Below, one piece after another: positions 13,001 to 25,134 of a DNA stretch of 64,000 nucleotides. Source of the DNA: Phoronis australis (Eukaryota; Animalia; Phoronida); NCBI GenBank assembly GCA_002633005.1, contig NMRA01000260.1, positions 499,292 through 563,291 on the forward strand, in the 5' to 3' direction. A program made the translations under genes and the position numbers. Within the stretch, counting starts at the first letter, position 1. The number at the start of each line of letters is the position of its first letter. A model generated the notes under the pieces. That model was given only the letters and a program-made list of their open reading frames with translations. It ran no database searches and was not told the origin of the DNA.

Positions 13001-16000
13001 GCGGGACAACAGCTTTACGGGTTGGGAAGACCGGGCTGGCTGCGACATATTGTGAAAAAACTTTGATATTGCGAAATCTAGTATAAAGTACTACGGAACC
13101 ATCTTGTATGTGTAACTTATAAGGCAGAAACTTCAGCTTTATTTTGTGTACATCTGTCGGCCAATCACAGGTTGCAAGGTGCAACCAACGAACGACCTTA
13201 CATAGCTGAGTAGATTTTTTTTCATTCCATACATTCACTTAAGGTGGGTTTTCAATGCGTGCACCAAAATTTGGTAAATGCACAATTCATAGCTCTGAAC
13301 GTACCCCGTGAATTTTAGTAAAAGGTCCACATTCTCAAAACGTCGAGCCCCCCATTTTTTAGGCTGGGTGCGTGCATGTTTTCAGACCCAAAATGTGATA
13401 ATAATCGAGGCGGAACAGAGTATGAAAGTATATGCCAAAATAGTTCATGTAAGTAGGCTGTTTAGACTTTCTATGATATGTCGATCAGTCAATAACCGTT
13501 TTGTTATCCAAAATAATTCTGAGATTTTGTAGAGAATGACTCCCAGATCGACAAAATCTACAAAAGAACAATCAATTATATTTTAGAAAAGAAGCCAAAA
13601 TTCGCTGTCGCACAACGAAAATACTGGAGCCGCCCCTGGAAAGGTACATGTAAATGTATATTCATAGCAAAGCAACGGCATCCATGATACGACCAACTTT
13701 CGTTTCACAGAAATTTTCAAAATGGGATTTCAAGAATATAATTCGTTTTCGCAACTTGACTTTTCCATGAAAACAATAAAAGTGGTATTTTTATTTGTCA
13801 CCCCAAAAACAATTCCAAACGACGGTTTGGAGAACCCTAAACCATAGTACTGTAAAGTTCCATATGGATGAAACCGTCCATTTCTTGAGATTTCATTTTC
13901 CATAGTTCAAGAAATTTATACATTTTTCTAGAGTTCTATTTATCCCCAAATCCGGTGACGTACTGGTTGGGTAAATCTGTGGGTTGCGAGCAGGAAGACC
14001 TTTATTACAGTCTTAAAGGGTTAAAATGGCTATAAGAGAGAAGCATGCAGTCCCTGGGAGTGGTCATTGAGTCCAAATATTTACATGTACCGTTTGTGTT
14101 TTTGTACATTATAACTACACGATCTGTCCCAAATCACATAATATCAAACAGTACTGTCTAATTTCAACGATTTTACTATCAATAGTTGCACGATCTTTTG
14201 GGTGAAACCTTTAACAACTCGACTAGATAACTCAAGTTTACGGTATTGAGTGGTGCTGTTGAAACAACTATGGGTAAACTTTAATTAAACCTTGACCTTG
14301 ATGCACGTATGTAGGAGGGCTTTATGTAAACCGCCGTGATAAAGAATTATAACATAAGGTTCCACTCCAAAACTTGGGGATAATTAGTTACTCACAAATC
14401 TAATCCATGCTTTCACTATGAGCGTTTGGGTATTTTGTCTCTGAAATAAAAAGAGCCAATTAAATTACAAACAGCAAAACATTTTGAAACTATCACCAAA
14501 ATTGGACATCCGGCACTGGTAGATCGTGACGGCACTGTCATAATTTACTATATCGGCGTATGCCGCGCCTGGGTCAGCCGGGTCAGGCAACGTTCCCCAT
14601 TGCTTACGAGTAACAATTTCGGGCTCACAAATCAATCAGATGACTTAGCCTTTTGACCCGCTGTTAGTTAATTAAGTGCAAACATGACTGGCTGCACCAA
14701 GTTGACTTTGTACAGTAGGTCCCGTGGAGACAACCGGTTAATTGGTTTAAAAGATGGAGGTCGTACTCAAGAACAAACCAGATAACTTTGCGGGTTGACC
14801 TGGTGGAACCTACGACTAAAGTCAATCAAGTATACCCAATGTTGTGGTACCGTAGTCGTAAAATTTAATAGTCATATGTATGACCATAACATTATTCTCA
14901 CTGGCAAATTAATCATTTTAAAATACGTCAATCCAAAAATAATAACTTCGTCTTTGGTTTTGATGGCATTCAAAATAGCTGGGCAACATAGAGAACAACC
15001 AATTTACTGCCAGAAACGAACGTCTTGTATGTGAACGACGGCTACAAACTTTGCATCATAGGGAGACACGTGTAAAAAACTGCAGTCGTTAATACGCGAC
15101 ACATAGCGCAGAAAGTTGCAAAAGCTGCCCCTAAGTTTAATCGAGACATGCTTTCTTCTCTTCTATAGAAACAGGATGTGACACGGAAACTACTATGCTA
15201 ACGGTTTTGAAAGAGGAACCAGCGTCCACTCTAGTGTCAGCTGCGTGACGCTAACTATGGTTGGTGTTTCGATGCCAGTACAAACGGTCGCGTCGGATCC
15301 GCAAGAAACCTAAATGCTCTGTCAAAACACTACTGACATATTAAACAAATTTGTTTACTTTATTGCACAACACAATTCAATGTTTTAGTACAGGCTAGTT
15401 AGAGAAAGGTCTAGAGTTCAAGGCGGATTTGGGGGGCAAGGGGCCATGGCCCCCCTAAAATTCTTTCAGGTACCATTTGGCAGTACGGGCTGCGCAATGC
15501 TGACTAGCACATGCGCGCACCCAGGGGGCTCGGTTGGCGAATGCACAGTGCATAACACTTGAACAAACCCCGTTTACCGTTTTTTTAGTAATAAGGTCCA
15601 CAAACCCAAACATTTGAGACCCTACATCGAGTCCCTCATATTTTGGTCTGGGCTCGGCGCGCATGTGGTGAAATCTTTGTTATACCTGTGCCCTGACCCC
15701 CTAACTCTAAACCCTGGATCGGCTCCTGCTTTATATCAACATTTGCTATAATGCCTACCATGCAGTGCATTGACAGTTAATGGGTATACATGTATTTCTT
15801 GTACGGTTGCTGAGAAACAAATTTTGTTGGATGTAATAGTCTTTTCCTGAATTTATTATCTTTGACCAGAGCTACAAAACTTCTCAAGCAGCAATGTCTT
15901 CCTGATAAAGCTAACACCGCCAAATGAAATAACCCTTTTTGAAAAGGATTCCAATCATTAGTTAAATTAGAGGCCGGTTTTCGGCAACCCATGTGAATTT

Positions 16001-19000
16001 TACAGTTTGCCAGATGCGCCTTTTTCGGAGATCCTCATACATGTACCTCTGGTAAATGTGTGGAATGCACAGACCAAAATGCAAAATGTGGCATTTAAAA
16101 ATCAACATTAATTTAGAACAGCGGCTCTCCTTATAATCAATACTATTTCCTACACTTAGAATGCTCTGCCACTTAGTGAGTGAGATCTCGCTCCGCCAAC
16201 AGAGCGTTCGGCTGCCACAGCGAAGGTTCCGGTTATAAATCCAAACTTGGGTTGGTCGCAAAATTTACTGTTCAGTCATTGTCACTTGTAGTACTTAGCA
16301 TGTTTACTTTTTCCATTTTTAGAAAAGGGGGCAGTGTTTAAAATCCATTATTATTGATTTGGAGTTGCCCAACATTGTGTAGCTCTCCAAGGTTAGAGAT
16401 ATTTTAACATTTATTATTCTTAAAGGTATGGTTTCAGACATGACAGCTTTAAAAGCGTTTGGCGATTATGATTATTCAACAGTTTAGCAACACAGCAAAG
16501 CTTTTAGTCATAGTCATATTATAATATTGAAGTGCTCTAACAATAAAGCTTGGTCACGCACTGCATGGCAAATGACGTAATTCATTTCCTCGTGGTACAA
16601 TACGTAGATTGTGAACTAAGCAATTTCATTGCTCGTTATGAATGCCATTTCAACTCAGCTGACTCCGTGAAATAAAAACCTTGATCGCAACCAACTTGAA
16701 ATAAATGGTTGCTTGTTTCATGGTCGTGTTCGATAATCCAGTTACGCTGTACAATAAACAGGAGTTTGAAAAGTATAACAAAGCGGGTCTTGAGATTTAT
16801 TTTAACGTTTTCTACTCCGTCCCTATTCATTTTCATGTCCAGTCTCTGTAGCTTTGAAAATGAAATCAAGGTCACAAATTCGATTTCGTTTTGCTTTGCC
16901 TACATGTACAATTTGGTACAAAATATGAACAGAATATAGAGGTTCCTTCTTACGATATCGCTTCACCAACATTTCCAAATCAAAACTGTTAAAGGAGTGC
17001 GAGACACAGTTTCAATTAATCGTTCAATTTTCAAAAAATATTTTGACTTTTACGGTTTTACCTATTATGTTGCTGCAAAAAGTGTGTGGGTCACCAAACT
17101 TGTTCTTCTGTTAAAACCGTCTAAACACACGAAGGCACCTCAGGTGAAATTGAAATCCACATGGGTAACTGAAAGCCACCACTAGTTAAAGACATTTATC
17201 AAACTGTATTCATAGAAACTGGCCGTTTTTACATTTTACATAAATCTAGCAAAATACATTATCTTCATCATCTCGGGAAACTTCAAATAGGAAATATATA
17301 CAGTATAGCGAAAAAAAAAGATTTAATAGAGCCACCTGTCGGGTCTTCAAAGGTGAAGGTCACCAAATCAGTTTTCTGGTTACAACGCCTAAACACGCGG
17401 TGGTAAAAAATGATTGTGTGACCCGATGTCAATTTTTAATTAACAGCTTCAATATTTCCCGATTTATAAACTTACGCCGCCGTCAGTAATATAAGTCAGT
17501 AGTTAACATTTTACTTTAATTTGCCAATACTTCGAATTTCAACGTTTTGGCATTTACACAGAAAGCGTCGCCGTTGAATTGTTTTCTTTAATCTTTATTT
17601 TTGGTACCCTAATTTTTGCTAAGGGATAAAAACAATTTGAGTGTCACTGGCTACTTAAACAGCGTAACATGATAAACTCACCAAGCTTACGTTCACATCC
17701 CACTGTATTTTTTTGGATTGTAACAATGTAATTGTCGGCGTGAATCAACAAAAATGCGAAGTTTGTTTGTTTCATAAATTCAAATTTACCGTTTTATCTC
17801 AAATTAAGACACATAACGTCTAGTCCAGTTTTGTTAAGCCTATTCGCATGTTTATAGTGATTTCATTGTGAAATTTGGCACCGCACTATATTTGCTTGTT
17901 CAGTGTGACGTAGTTTTGACGTCTTGCACCAATCAAATGAATTTAAAATCCCAACGTTAGAAGCGATAATATTAATTATGCCACGTTTGCGAAAAACATT
18001 AATCCTAATTTCAGCTCCCCAGGAACAAACTATGGGTGCGACCGTTGTCGGAGCACAATGATTAATCTAAACACATAATTTGGCAAATATTTCGTGTTAA
18101 ATTGCCGCCCCCCTCCCCTGTGGTCACCCAAACTGGACAAAATATTCAAGACCTGCAATTTTTTTAAAATGTAATTTGACTGTGCATTTCAATTCCAATT
18201 TGTGCATCCAAATCTCGTAATATCAGTGCCATATACGTCACCGTTAATCATCCGAAGTATTTCAAGCCTCACTAACAAAACCTCAGCACACAATTAACGT
18301 TTTTCAAATTACGTAAGTTTTCGTCACGATGATTGCACCTAATATTAGGGAGTATAACTTGCACTCTGGACAGTCTTTCTTACGTACCAGTTCCGACATT
18401 TCTCGCAGCCCGATATCTAAGGTTACGTTCACAGCATCTTGGAAAGTATCTGTGGGTCGAGTTGACGTTTCATAGCCTTCCAGAATCTTCTTCGTCAATT
18501 CCTTGTCAAGAGTGTTGACACTCAAAGCCACTAAAACGGAGGGTTAAAATATTTTAACCAAGGGATTGGTTGTCAGGAAACAACACAAAGTAGACTACAT
18601 AACTGAACATTTAATGCCGTTCACCACAGATATTTGGGGTTTCAATCAACAGCACGGATCAAGTGTAATAAAGGGGCGGCAGGTAAACCTTTCTTAAACT
18701 TGGATTACCAATTCGCCGTTCTGATTTTTGGTTTGCGACATTTGTTGAACTTACTCGCTTGTGTTTCGATTAAAGCCTCGAAAAAATTGTACTACACAGT
18801 CCGTGCCCAGACGACAGGTTTTTCTTAACGACCAACGGAATAATTACAAGTATATTAAATCGTGATCAAAAGTGACAGCCAGTGCCAGGATCTTGGACGG
18901 GTACAAAAGTGTTGTCCTCGTGGGGCGCTTCGGCTTTATTGCCAACTGGGTTTCCTGGTTTTTATTTGAATTGTGATTTCTTATTCACATTTTTGCGTTA

Positions 19001-21830
19001 TAGAATTGCAACCAAAATTCGTTTTAATTCAACCGACAGCACAGGGTTTGCAAAACGTGCCCGTTTATGGGCAGGGGGTTTCCGGAATTCCCCTTTGCAT
19101 AGAGAGGGTGGGGTCAGTTGTTAGACTTAACGTTATTATTTCAGGATTTTCCAATTGATAGGTCATGAATTAAAAAAGGATATCAGGGCCAGATCCAGGA
19201 TTTTGATTTGGTCGGCAAGGCAGAGTATTAGCCAGAATTTTGTCCGTCAGACATCCGCACCCCTGAACTGTCGAATGGAATCTGGGAAATTTTTAGGGGA
19301 CCCCCTAACCCCCCTAAATCCGCTTCTGGATATTACCCAGTGCAATTGCTTAGTGAATTAAGTGTGGAGAATCATACAATCGTGTATTTGAGCACAGAGA
19401 TAGGAGCATAATTACTAAAAACTTGTGCAAATTTTCTAAACTGGCATAAGAACTTCTCTTTCCTGATACGGTCGTTGTAGTAACGCGAACTTAGTACGCA
19501 AATATGGACAAATTCAGAGGGTGATATTAGTTTATTTGCAAGGAAGGAGAGCCTGAAGCCAAAGGCCTAAGGTAACCCTGCTCGCCCGAGGTCTATATGA
19601 TCTGATATGACATAAGAATCGGTTCCTATGCGATTTATTATATTACCTCTGTCGTTCCTTTCCTCTAATTTCTATCTTTTGTTCTTACCTGCGCTGATGT
19701 ATAGACATCGTCTGCTCGTCGATTGTCAGATTTAACGATTTCTACGGTTTTGATTGGCTAGATCGCAATTAGCGACATCTGACGTCAGTGTGTCTTGAAT
19801 GAAAAATAATATTACCTGGTCAGGATTGGTTAATGTTACTGTTTATCGGAAGTCGTTGTACTGCGTTTTAGCCAATCAGTAGAGAAACGATCGATCTGCT
19901 GTGGCCAGTGGCTAAAGCCGTGTGAAATGTCAAACTCTACATGTACAAGCAGCCCACAAGTTAAGGGCGGAGCCATAAACAGTGATAATGCAACACAGAC
20001 TTCCAGCCATCTGAACTACTCTTGTTTGGCAATGACCGTGTTGAACTGCATGTTGTTTAGTATGTCTAATGGTATAGCCGGTGTAAAATACTAAGTGATA
20101 CGTAGGCACTGAGTTTTGGCGTACAACCATACTACATGTATGTGATTGCAATATCTGGCGCCCCACTGGCTGCGCATATGGAAATTGCCTGGAACAGCAA
20201 TGTAAACAGAGATTGTTTTTAAACGAATTAATGGCTAAATATACATTCCCATTAATATGAGCGCGTGTCCGAAATAAATTTTGTTATTCTTGATGTACAA
20301 GAAAGAAGAATCGCATTCTACGCACGTTGACATAATTAAAGGGTGCACAGGGCTTTAAATTAAGTTTATCGATGTCATGAAGACGATAACGAGGACGTTT
20401 TAAACTGAAGGCACAATTTTTGTGAAAGCTTTCATTTCTTCCAGTCCTGTTTACAAACTTGTAAAATTTCCTATTTCTTTCTACAAAGATACATTTCTCC
20501 CACCGAAAATTGTTCTCGTCAGGTATAAAGCAATGAGGCAAGCGGGTATCCGTAAGCAGGTGCTTGGTACTTCTCAGCGTACATGAGAATGTATTTTGTT
20601 TACTGATTACAGGTATAACCCTTTCAGTATTGAATGCTATATATTAGATTATCAATGTTAATATTTTGGTGTAGAAGATACATGTACAAGGCCATATCAG
20701 TTACAGTTAGTTCCTGCATTGATATATTCACACTGTCTGTAGGAACGGTTTATTTCTGGATTTTGCTGTAATATCGTTTAAGTTCATTCAATTTTGATTT
20801 TACATTTTATTTATTTTCTTAATGAACTTGTTGTTCAAAGACATTGAAAATATAACATGTCATATACAAACTGAGGCGACCATCAGATTTGCAATGACAT
20901 CGTATTCCTTCATATTATAAGCAGTCTGTACAAATAACATTTATTTTTCACCTCTCTGTTTATGCCGACTAAATATTTTCAACAAAAGACAACTCTTACA
21001 ATGGTTCAGCAATTGGCACGTGGCGGCTAAAAGGCCGAAAAGGAGTGAAAAACACGCAAGCATTGGACATTAGTTGAGTCCCTATTTGGAACTGGGTCTC
21101 AGGACTGTTTGTTTAGTAGCGAGGAAGTGCGGATTTGTTGACAGAATATGGTTACAGACAATAACCTACACCTCAGATAAATTATATTAAAAACATTGTC
21201 CAATCTGTTTTAAACAACAGTATACGCCAACTGTAATGCGACAAAATACCATTTTGCCGTCATGGCGTGTAATGACCCGTCATGACATTTACCACCACCA
21301 CTACCACCACAACCAGGCGTGCGTTCAGTAGACGCTAGGACCTACGCTAGGACTTAGCTAAAATCTAGTCAAAGACACGTGTTCTCATTTAAGATACACG
21401 GCAATATCTCACGTAATCTCGCGAAGTCTTGCTTTTTAGCGAGGTCCTAGAGTTAGTGAACGGGAGGCTGTACTGCTATTTTTCATTATTCTACATGTAG
21501 CTGGAGTGAACATGAATTTCAATGGCGCTCAGCCGTCATGGCAGGAAATACCGGATCATCTTGTCCGAATACAGTATATTTGGCGTGTAATTTACACCAA
21601 ATAAAACGAAAATTGAAACGAGTACCCAAATTCTCTTTAATTTCGTGATATTCTCTAATTTCATAAATTGCCTACATCGGTCTTGTATTGTTTGGGAAAA
21701 GGGAATAATATTTTAAGAAGTAAGCAATGTTGTAAGCTTAAAAGTACCAGTTAATAGGTGCATTTGGTCTTAGAGACTTACCTGTAACTAAAAGACAACA
21801 TAGCCACAACGATAGGGTTATTCGAGACAT
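3684..21830 (-). CDS. Gene A: nicotinic acetylcholine receptor-like (Cys-loop LGIC) non-alpha subunit, 10 coding exons, 473 aa
   Basis: Spliced CDS complement(join 21782-21830, 18388-18530, 14396-14440, 12660-12769, 11204-11345, 10921-11014, 9367-9503, 7843-8011, 4979-5187, 3684-4007) = 1422 nt. All introns are GT-AG, phases are compatible and there are no internal stops. It has a signal peptide, WLPDIVLYN, a 13-residue Cys-loop CPLDVTYFPFDKQVC, FGSW, GEK before M2, MPPTS and WRKVGMVLDRLFL. The 45-nt and 110-nt exons are typical of nAChR genes. Confidence 0.95.
4979..5187 (-). CDS. Gene A exon 9 (M3 and MX helix)
   Basis: 209 nt, FVIHVHFRGGRGKPLPKWV. Confidence 0.93.
7843..8011 (-). CDS. Gene A exon 8 (M1-M2)
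   Basis: 169 nt, LPSNEGEKIGLCVTMLVALSFIMLLMADKMPPTS. Confidence 0.95.
8215..8415. mobile_element. Palindromic MITE (201 bp)
   Basis: taaaccatattcaagcagtcgccatttt ... aaaatggcggcagcttgaataaggtcta; the arms pair along most of the length. Confidence 0.7.
8479..8690. repeat. Degenerate ~50-bp minisatellite, about 4 units
   Basis: Recurrent ccgc(t)ttt(t)gacc...ggcc...tataagggg. Confidence 0.45.
9367..9503 (-). CDS. Gene A exon 7 (ENNEW, loop C, pre-M1)
   Basis: 137 nt, ERNVVGYNHTDEKFPDLTFSLYLKRRSLY. Confidence 0.93.
10921..11014 (-). CDS. Gene A exon 6 (VCHMKFGSWVF; loop B)
   Basis: 94 nt, ag|GTG...AAAG|gtaagc. Confidence 0.95.
11204..11345 (-). CDS. Gene A exon 5 (loop E, first part of Cys-loop)
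   Basis: 142 nt, DGRVYWRFP...CPLDVTYFPFDKQ. Confidence 0.95.
12660..12769 (-). CDS. Gene A exon 4 (SWYDASLKWN...WLPDIVLYN; loop A)
   Basis: 110-nt exon, canonical WxD and WxPD motifs. Confidence 0.95.
13254..13378. mobile_element. 125-bp MITE with perfect 5-bp TSD (TTTTC)
   Basis: ttttc|aatgcgtgcacc...ggctgggtgcgtgcatg|ttttc. Confidence 0.7.
14396..14440 (-). CDS. Gene A exon 3 (RQNTQTLIVKAWIRF; loop 2 and loop D)
   Basis: 45-nt exon, tttcag|...|gtgagt. Confidence 0.9.
15418..15729. mobile_element. Composite MITE (GGCGGATTT/GGATC-CCTG outer ends with a nested CATGCGCG element)
   Basis: Colinear with 36750-37062. Confidence 0.7.
18388..18530 (-). CDS. Gene A exon 2 (VALSVNTLDKELTKKILEGYETSTRP...GLREMSEL)
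   Basis: 143 nt, ag/gt flanks, N-terminal helix and RP motif; only 3 aa differ from gene B. Confidence 0.93.
19184..19329. mobile_element. 146-bp MITE with 5-bp TSD (GATAT)
   Basis: gatat|cagggccagatccagg...cctaaatccgcttctg|gatat. Confidence 0.7.
21317..21467. mobile_element. Small TIR MITE in gene A intron 1 (absent at the equivalent site in paralog C; also copied at about 25743-25893)
   Basis: gcgtgcgttcagtagacgctaggacc ... ggtcctagagttagtgaacgggagg; empty site near 59740. Confidence 0.6.
21782..21830 (-). CDS. Gene A exon 1 (signal peptide MSRITLSLWLCCLLVT)
   Basis: ATG, 49 nt, donor G|gtaagt, phase 1 matches exon 2; homologous to gene B exon 1. Confidence 0.85.
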
Positions 21831-24800
21831 GTTCCTTTCGTCCGTTGATATCTGTGATTCTGTTGCTCAGAGTTGACCTGGGATTTGCCGCTTGTAAAAT
21901 AACCAAAGCCTTCTACGACATCATTAAATTTATATAAGACTCGCTTAAAGAATTGTGTAATAAATATGGGCTGCCGTTTTAAGCACATTAATCCTAGTTT
22001 TAATGCCGCCAAATCATTTGGCGTCATTGAATCTTGCCATCAATTTCCTAAAATTAAGCCAATTTTATATAAACTGAAGAGAGAGATAAAATTTTTCTGT
22101 TGGACATGTCAGTCGGCTAGAACAGCTTGTGCACAACAATTTCGAATACAAAAATGATTTTCGGTTATCTGCCCTACCTGCCTCTCGACTTATTTGTCGC
22201 ACTTTTTATGAACAACTTCATAAACATAATGTAAGTGTATAAAGGGAACCTTATTCGGGCGTTTCGTCATTCCTATTGCCGTGTCAATTCAATTGTCCGT
22301 AGATAAAATGTCCTTCTCATAAATTCTATGGTGAACGAAGATGTCATTTAGAACACGGGACACCTTGATTACTGAAGTTTTGAGACGATATCATTGTCGG
22401 GACCTGAATTATTTTGAGGAGACGACTGGGTTGAAACAATATGTACATTCAACGGTAGAAAGAATTGGTGAATGATTCTTAAGGTTGAGTGAAAAGACGT
22501 GGGCCACCATGAATTCAAGGGAAACTTTCAAAGAAATGGTATAAACGGCCATCCATAATTGACAATCAGGAACAAATGGTTACCCCATGTTAACCTTGCC
22601 TGGTGAAATTAAAGTCTTTTATAAACTAACTGTTACGGTCAATGTTCGTAACTAATATTATGAATGGGAACTTGGTTTTATTTCACCTAATAGACCTCTG
22701 GCCCACACTACAAAAGTGTAATAAATTACGATCAATAAAGTAGCGTTTAGTACAATAAGCTGACAACAGGATGTTGAGGGTTTAGAAATATTAAGTAGAG
22801 CGACGGAAAGCCATCGTGTTATATCCAGGGCAAAATGGACTGAGAAGGTTGCACGATCAAAGAAAGATTTATGCAGCATAGATTCTAGTTATTTTCCAAC
22901 CGCAAAGTTTTACGTATACATGTACAAAAGGCTTTGGAAGTGGTTTCAGATCAAGAAAAAGTACAAGACGTGACCTCGAAATTTTAGGAAAAACTTTATA
23001 AGCCTTTGACAGTTAGATTTGGAATTTCAATAAAGTTTTGTTCCATTTTATTCCAAAGACTCAATTAAGAGTTGGCTAAAACTGTTAAGTGTTGGTTAAG
23101 ACTCTTAAGTGTTGGTTAAGACTATTAAGGCCAAGCAAAAGCAAACCAATGACATTTAAATACATGTAGGCATTTGTGAGTTTATATATACTCACCAATG
23201 CATACACGTATTTAAATGTCACTGGTTGGCAATACTTTTTAGATGGTTCTCAGCGTCCAAGTTTTTTTCGACGCGTGCGAGCTACTTAGAAAGTTCTGAC
23301 TGAATACGCTGCGGCATCTGGGTCTCGGGTCTAATCATTTTACTGGAAGCCGATATTTTGAAGTGATATAAGTGTTTTTATCTCTTAATTCTATTTTGTT
23401 ATGGCTACCATCAAAAGTTACGTTGGAAACATACAGCAGTAGTGAATTTTGTAATTGTTTCAAGTCACTGTTTCAAGCCTGTGTAATCGTGCAACTTATC
23501 AACAACTGGACCAATTAGTTATCCAATGAGATAACGTCAAATAAGTGTAAGCAGTGTTTATAAACTACTTTGCATGACATCGTTTTCCCATTCAGTGACT
23601 TAACCGGACGTAGGAGGTTCTGAGCGTGTGATAACATCTAGCTTCAGTCTTTGTTAACTGCCAAGCACACACTTTTGTCTGTTAGGACAACAAGTAGGCC
23701 ACTTCTTTACCAGGCGTATTCAGACCACGTGTGAACACAATCATAATGACGGAGTGGATTGGTGTATTCGGAAAGAATAGATTGTCGTAACTTCGGTTGC
23801 AGTTGGGCGATTTTGGCGATTCAAAAGTTATAAACATGATCAAAATTTGACGAAGATTTCAGAAATGCTATTGGTTTATGTTCAGATATGTTATAATTTA
23901 AATTTCATTTTTAACAGCACAGCCCAGTCAGGGTAGATACGATATTAGTGGAGATTAGACTAAACAATTATCGAACAAAATAGAGCTGGCCCTTCAACCA
24001 TGAATGTCAGAATTGAGTTAATCAGTCTTGTAAATAATGGCTACAGGGGTAAACTTCTCAACTTGTTGTTGGGCTATATAGTCGAACAAGTTGGGAGCAA
24101 CGGGAAAACGTCGTGATGCAAATTTGGAGTCTTGTTTTGGTTGGATAAGATTGATCCTTAGTTAGGTCTTTGCTGTATTTTTCACTTATTTTGCTGATAA
24201 ATTTTGATCATTTTCAGATTGATGACGAAGTACATGTAGGTTATGGGAAACTGAAGGTGAAAGGGAACAGTAGGTATGTGTGCTAGATTGTTGTACCAGA
24301 ACTGAGTCTTGTAAGAACACATTTGCGTGCAGCATGTCATTCGGATTTACACAGTTGTTCAGTGCTTTTGGGGAAACATTCTGTTATGAAGTGTATGACT
24401 CAATACATGTTCAGTAAAACCTTTTAATAAAAATACAAGCAAGTTGATTTGGCGTAAATTTTAAACTGAAATAATTATATATTTTTATATAGTTTTAAGA
24501 CAAGTCTATCAGTCATCGTTTTACAAAAAGAAAAGAGCCGCGACTATTCGGAGATCGCGGCCCGCCAACCCGCGATGTGTTTTCTTTTAAGCGAGAGGCA
24601 TATCTCGGATTATAGTAAAATTGAATCATGGACGGCAAAAATTTAGATTTAAAATAACATTTCCAAAACTGATTCAAAATTCCATGTTAAAGATTCTAAT
24701 TTCAAAACCAAAATTCAAAATCGAAGCATGGATAGGGTTCAAAATAACAAATATAGAAAATAAATACCAATTTCAAACTTCTATGAAAATTATGTAATCC

Positions 24801-25134
24801 CTGAAATAGATTTCCTGTGCCCTTGTATTTCACGCGTTACTTCTAAGGACCAGGTAGGAATTGCGCATGTTACGTCATTAAATCAACAGCTTGGTGTTTT
24901 CTGGGCTGCCCAAATGCAATTGTTGGTGGGAGTCTCGAGCAGTGTTAATATGCTTAGAAGTAATTCGCTAATTTACTATCCCGTTGGACAAACACGCGAG
25001 TGCCATGGGTGTTATGTAATCCGTTTAATCCCCGTGTTCGCAGGCAGTCGATACAACAGTAAGAATATAGGTCACGGAAGCCGGACCGTTATTATTTGCG
25101 AGGGAACTTACGTTTCGGCGGGCGTGAATCGAAC
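21831..25134. promoter_or_regulatory. Divergent (bidirectional) intergenic/promoter region between the ATGs of genes A and B (3.3 kb if the duplication is collapsed)
   Basis: Lies between outward-facing start codons; contains blocks conserved in paralog C. Transcription starts are not located. Confidence 0.55.

Noticed and set aside
23074-23130. 20-bp tandem repeat (about 3 copies) in the intergenic region
   Set aside because: Ordinary local slippage repeat with no evidence of function
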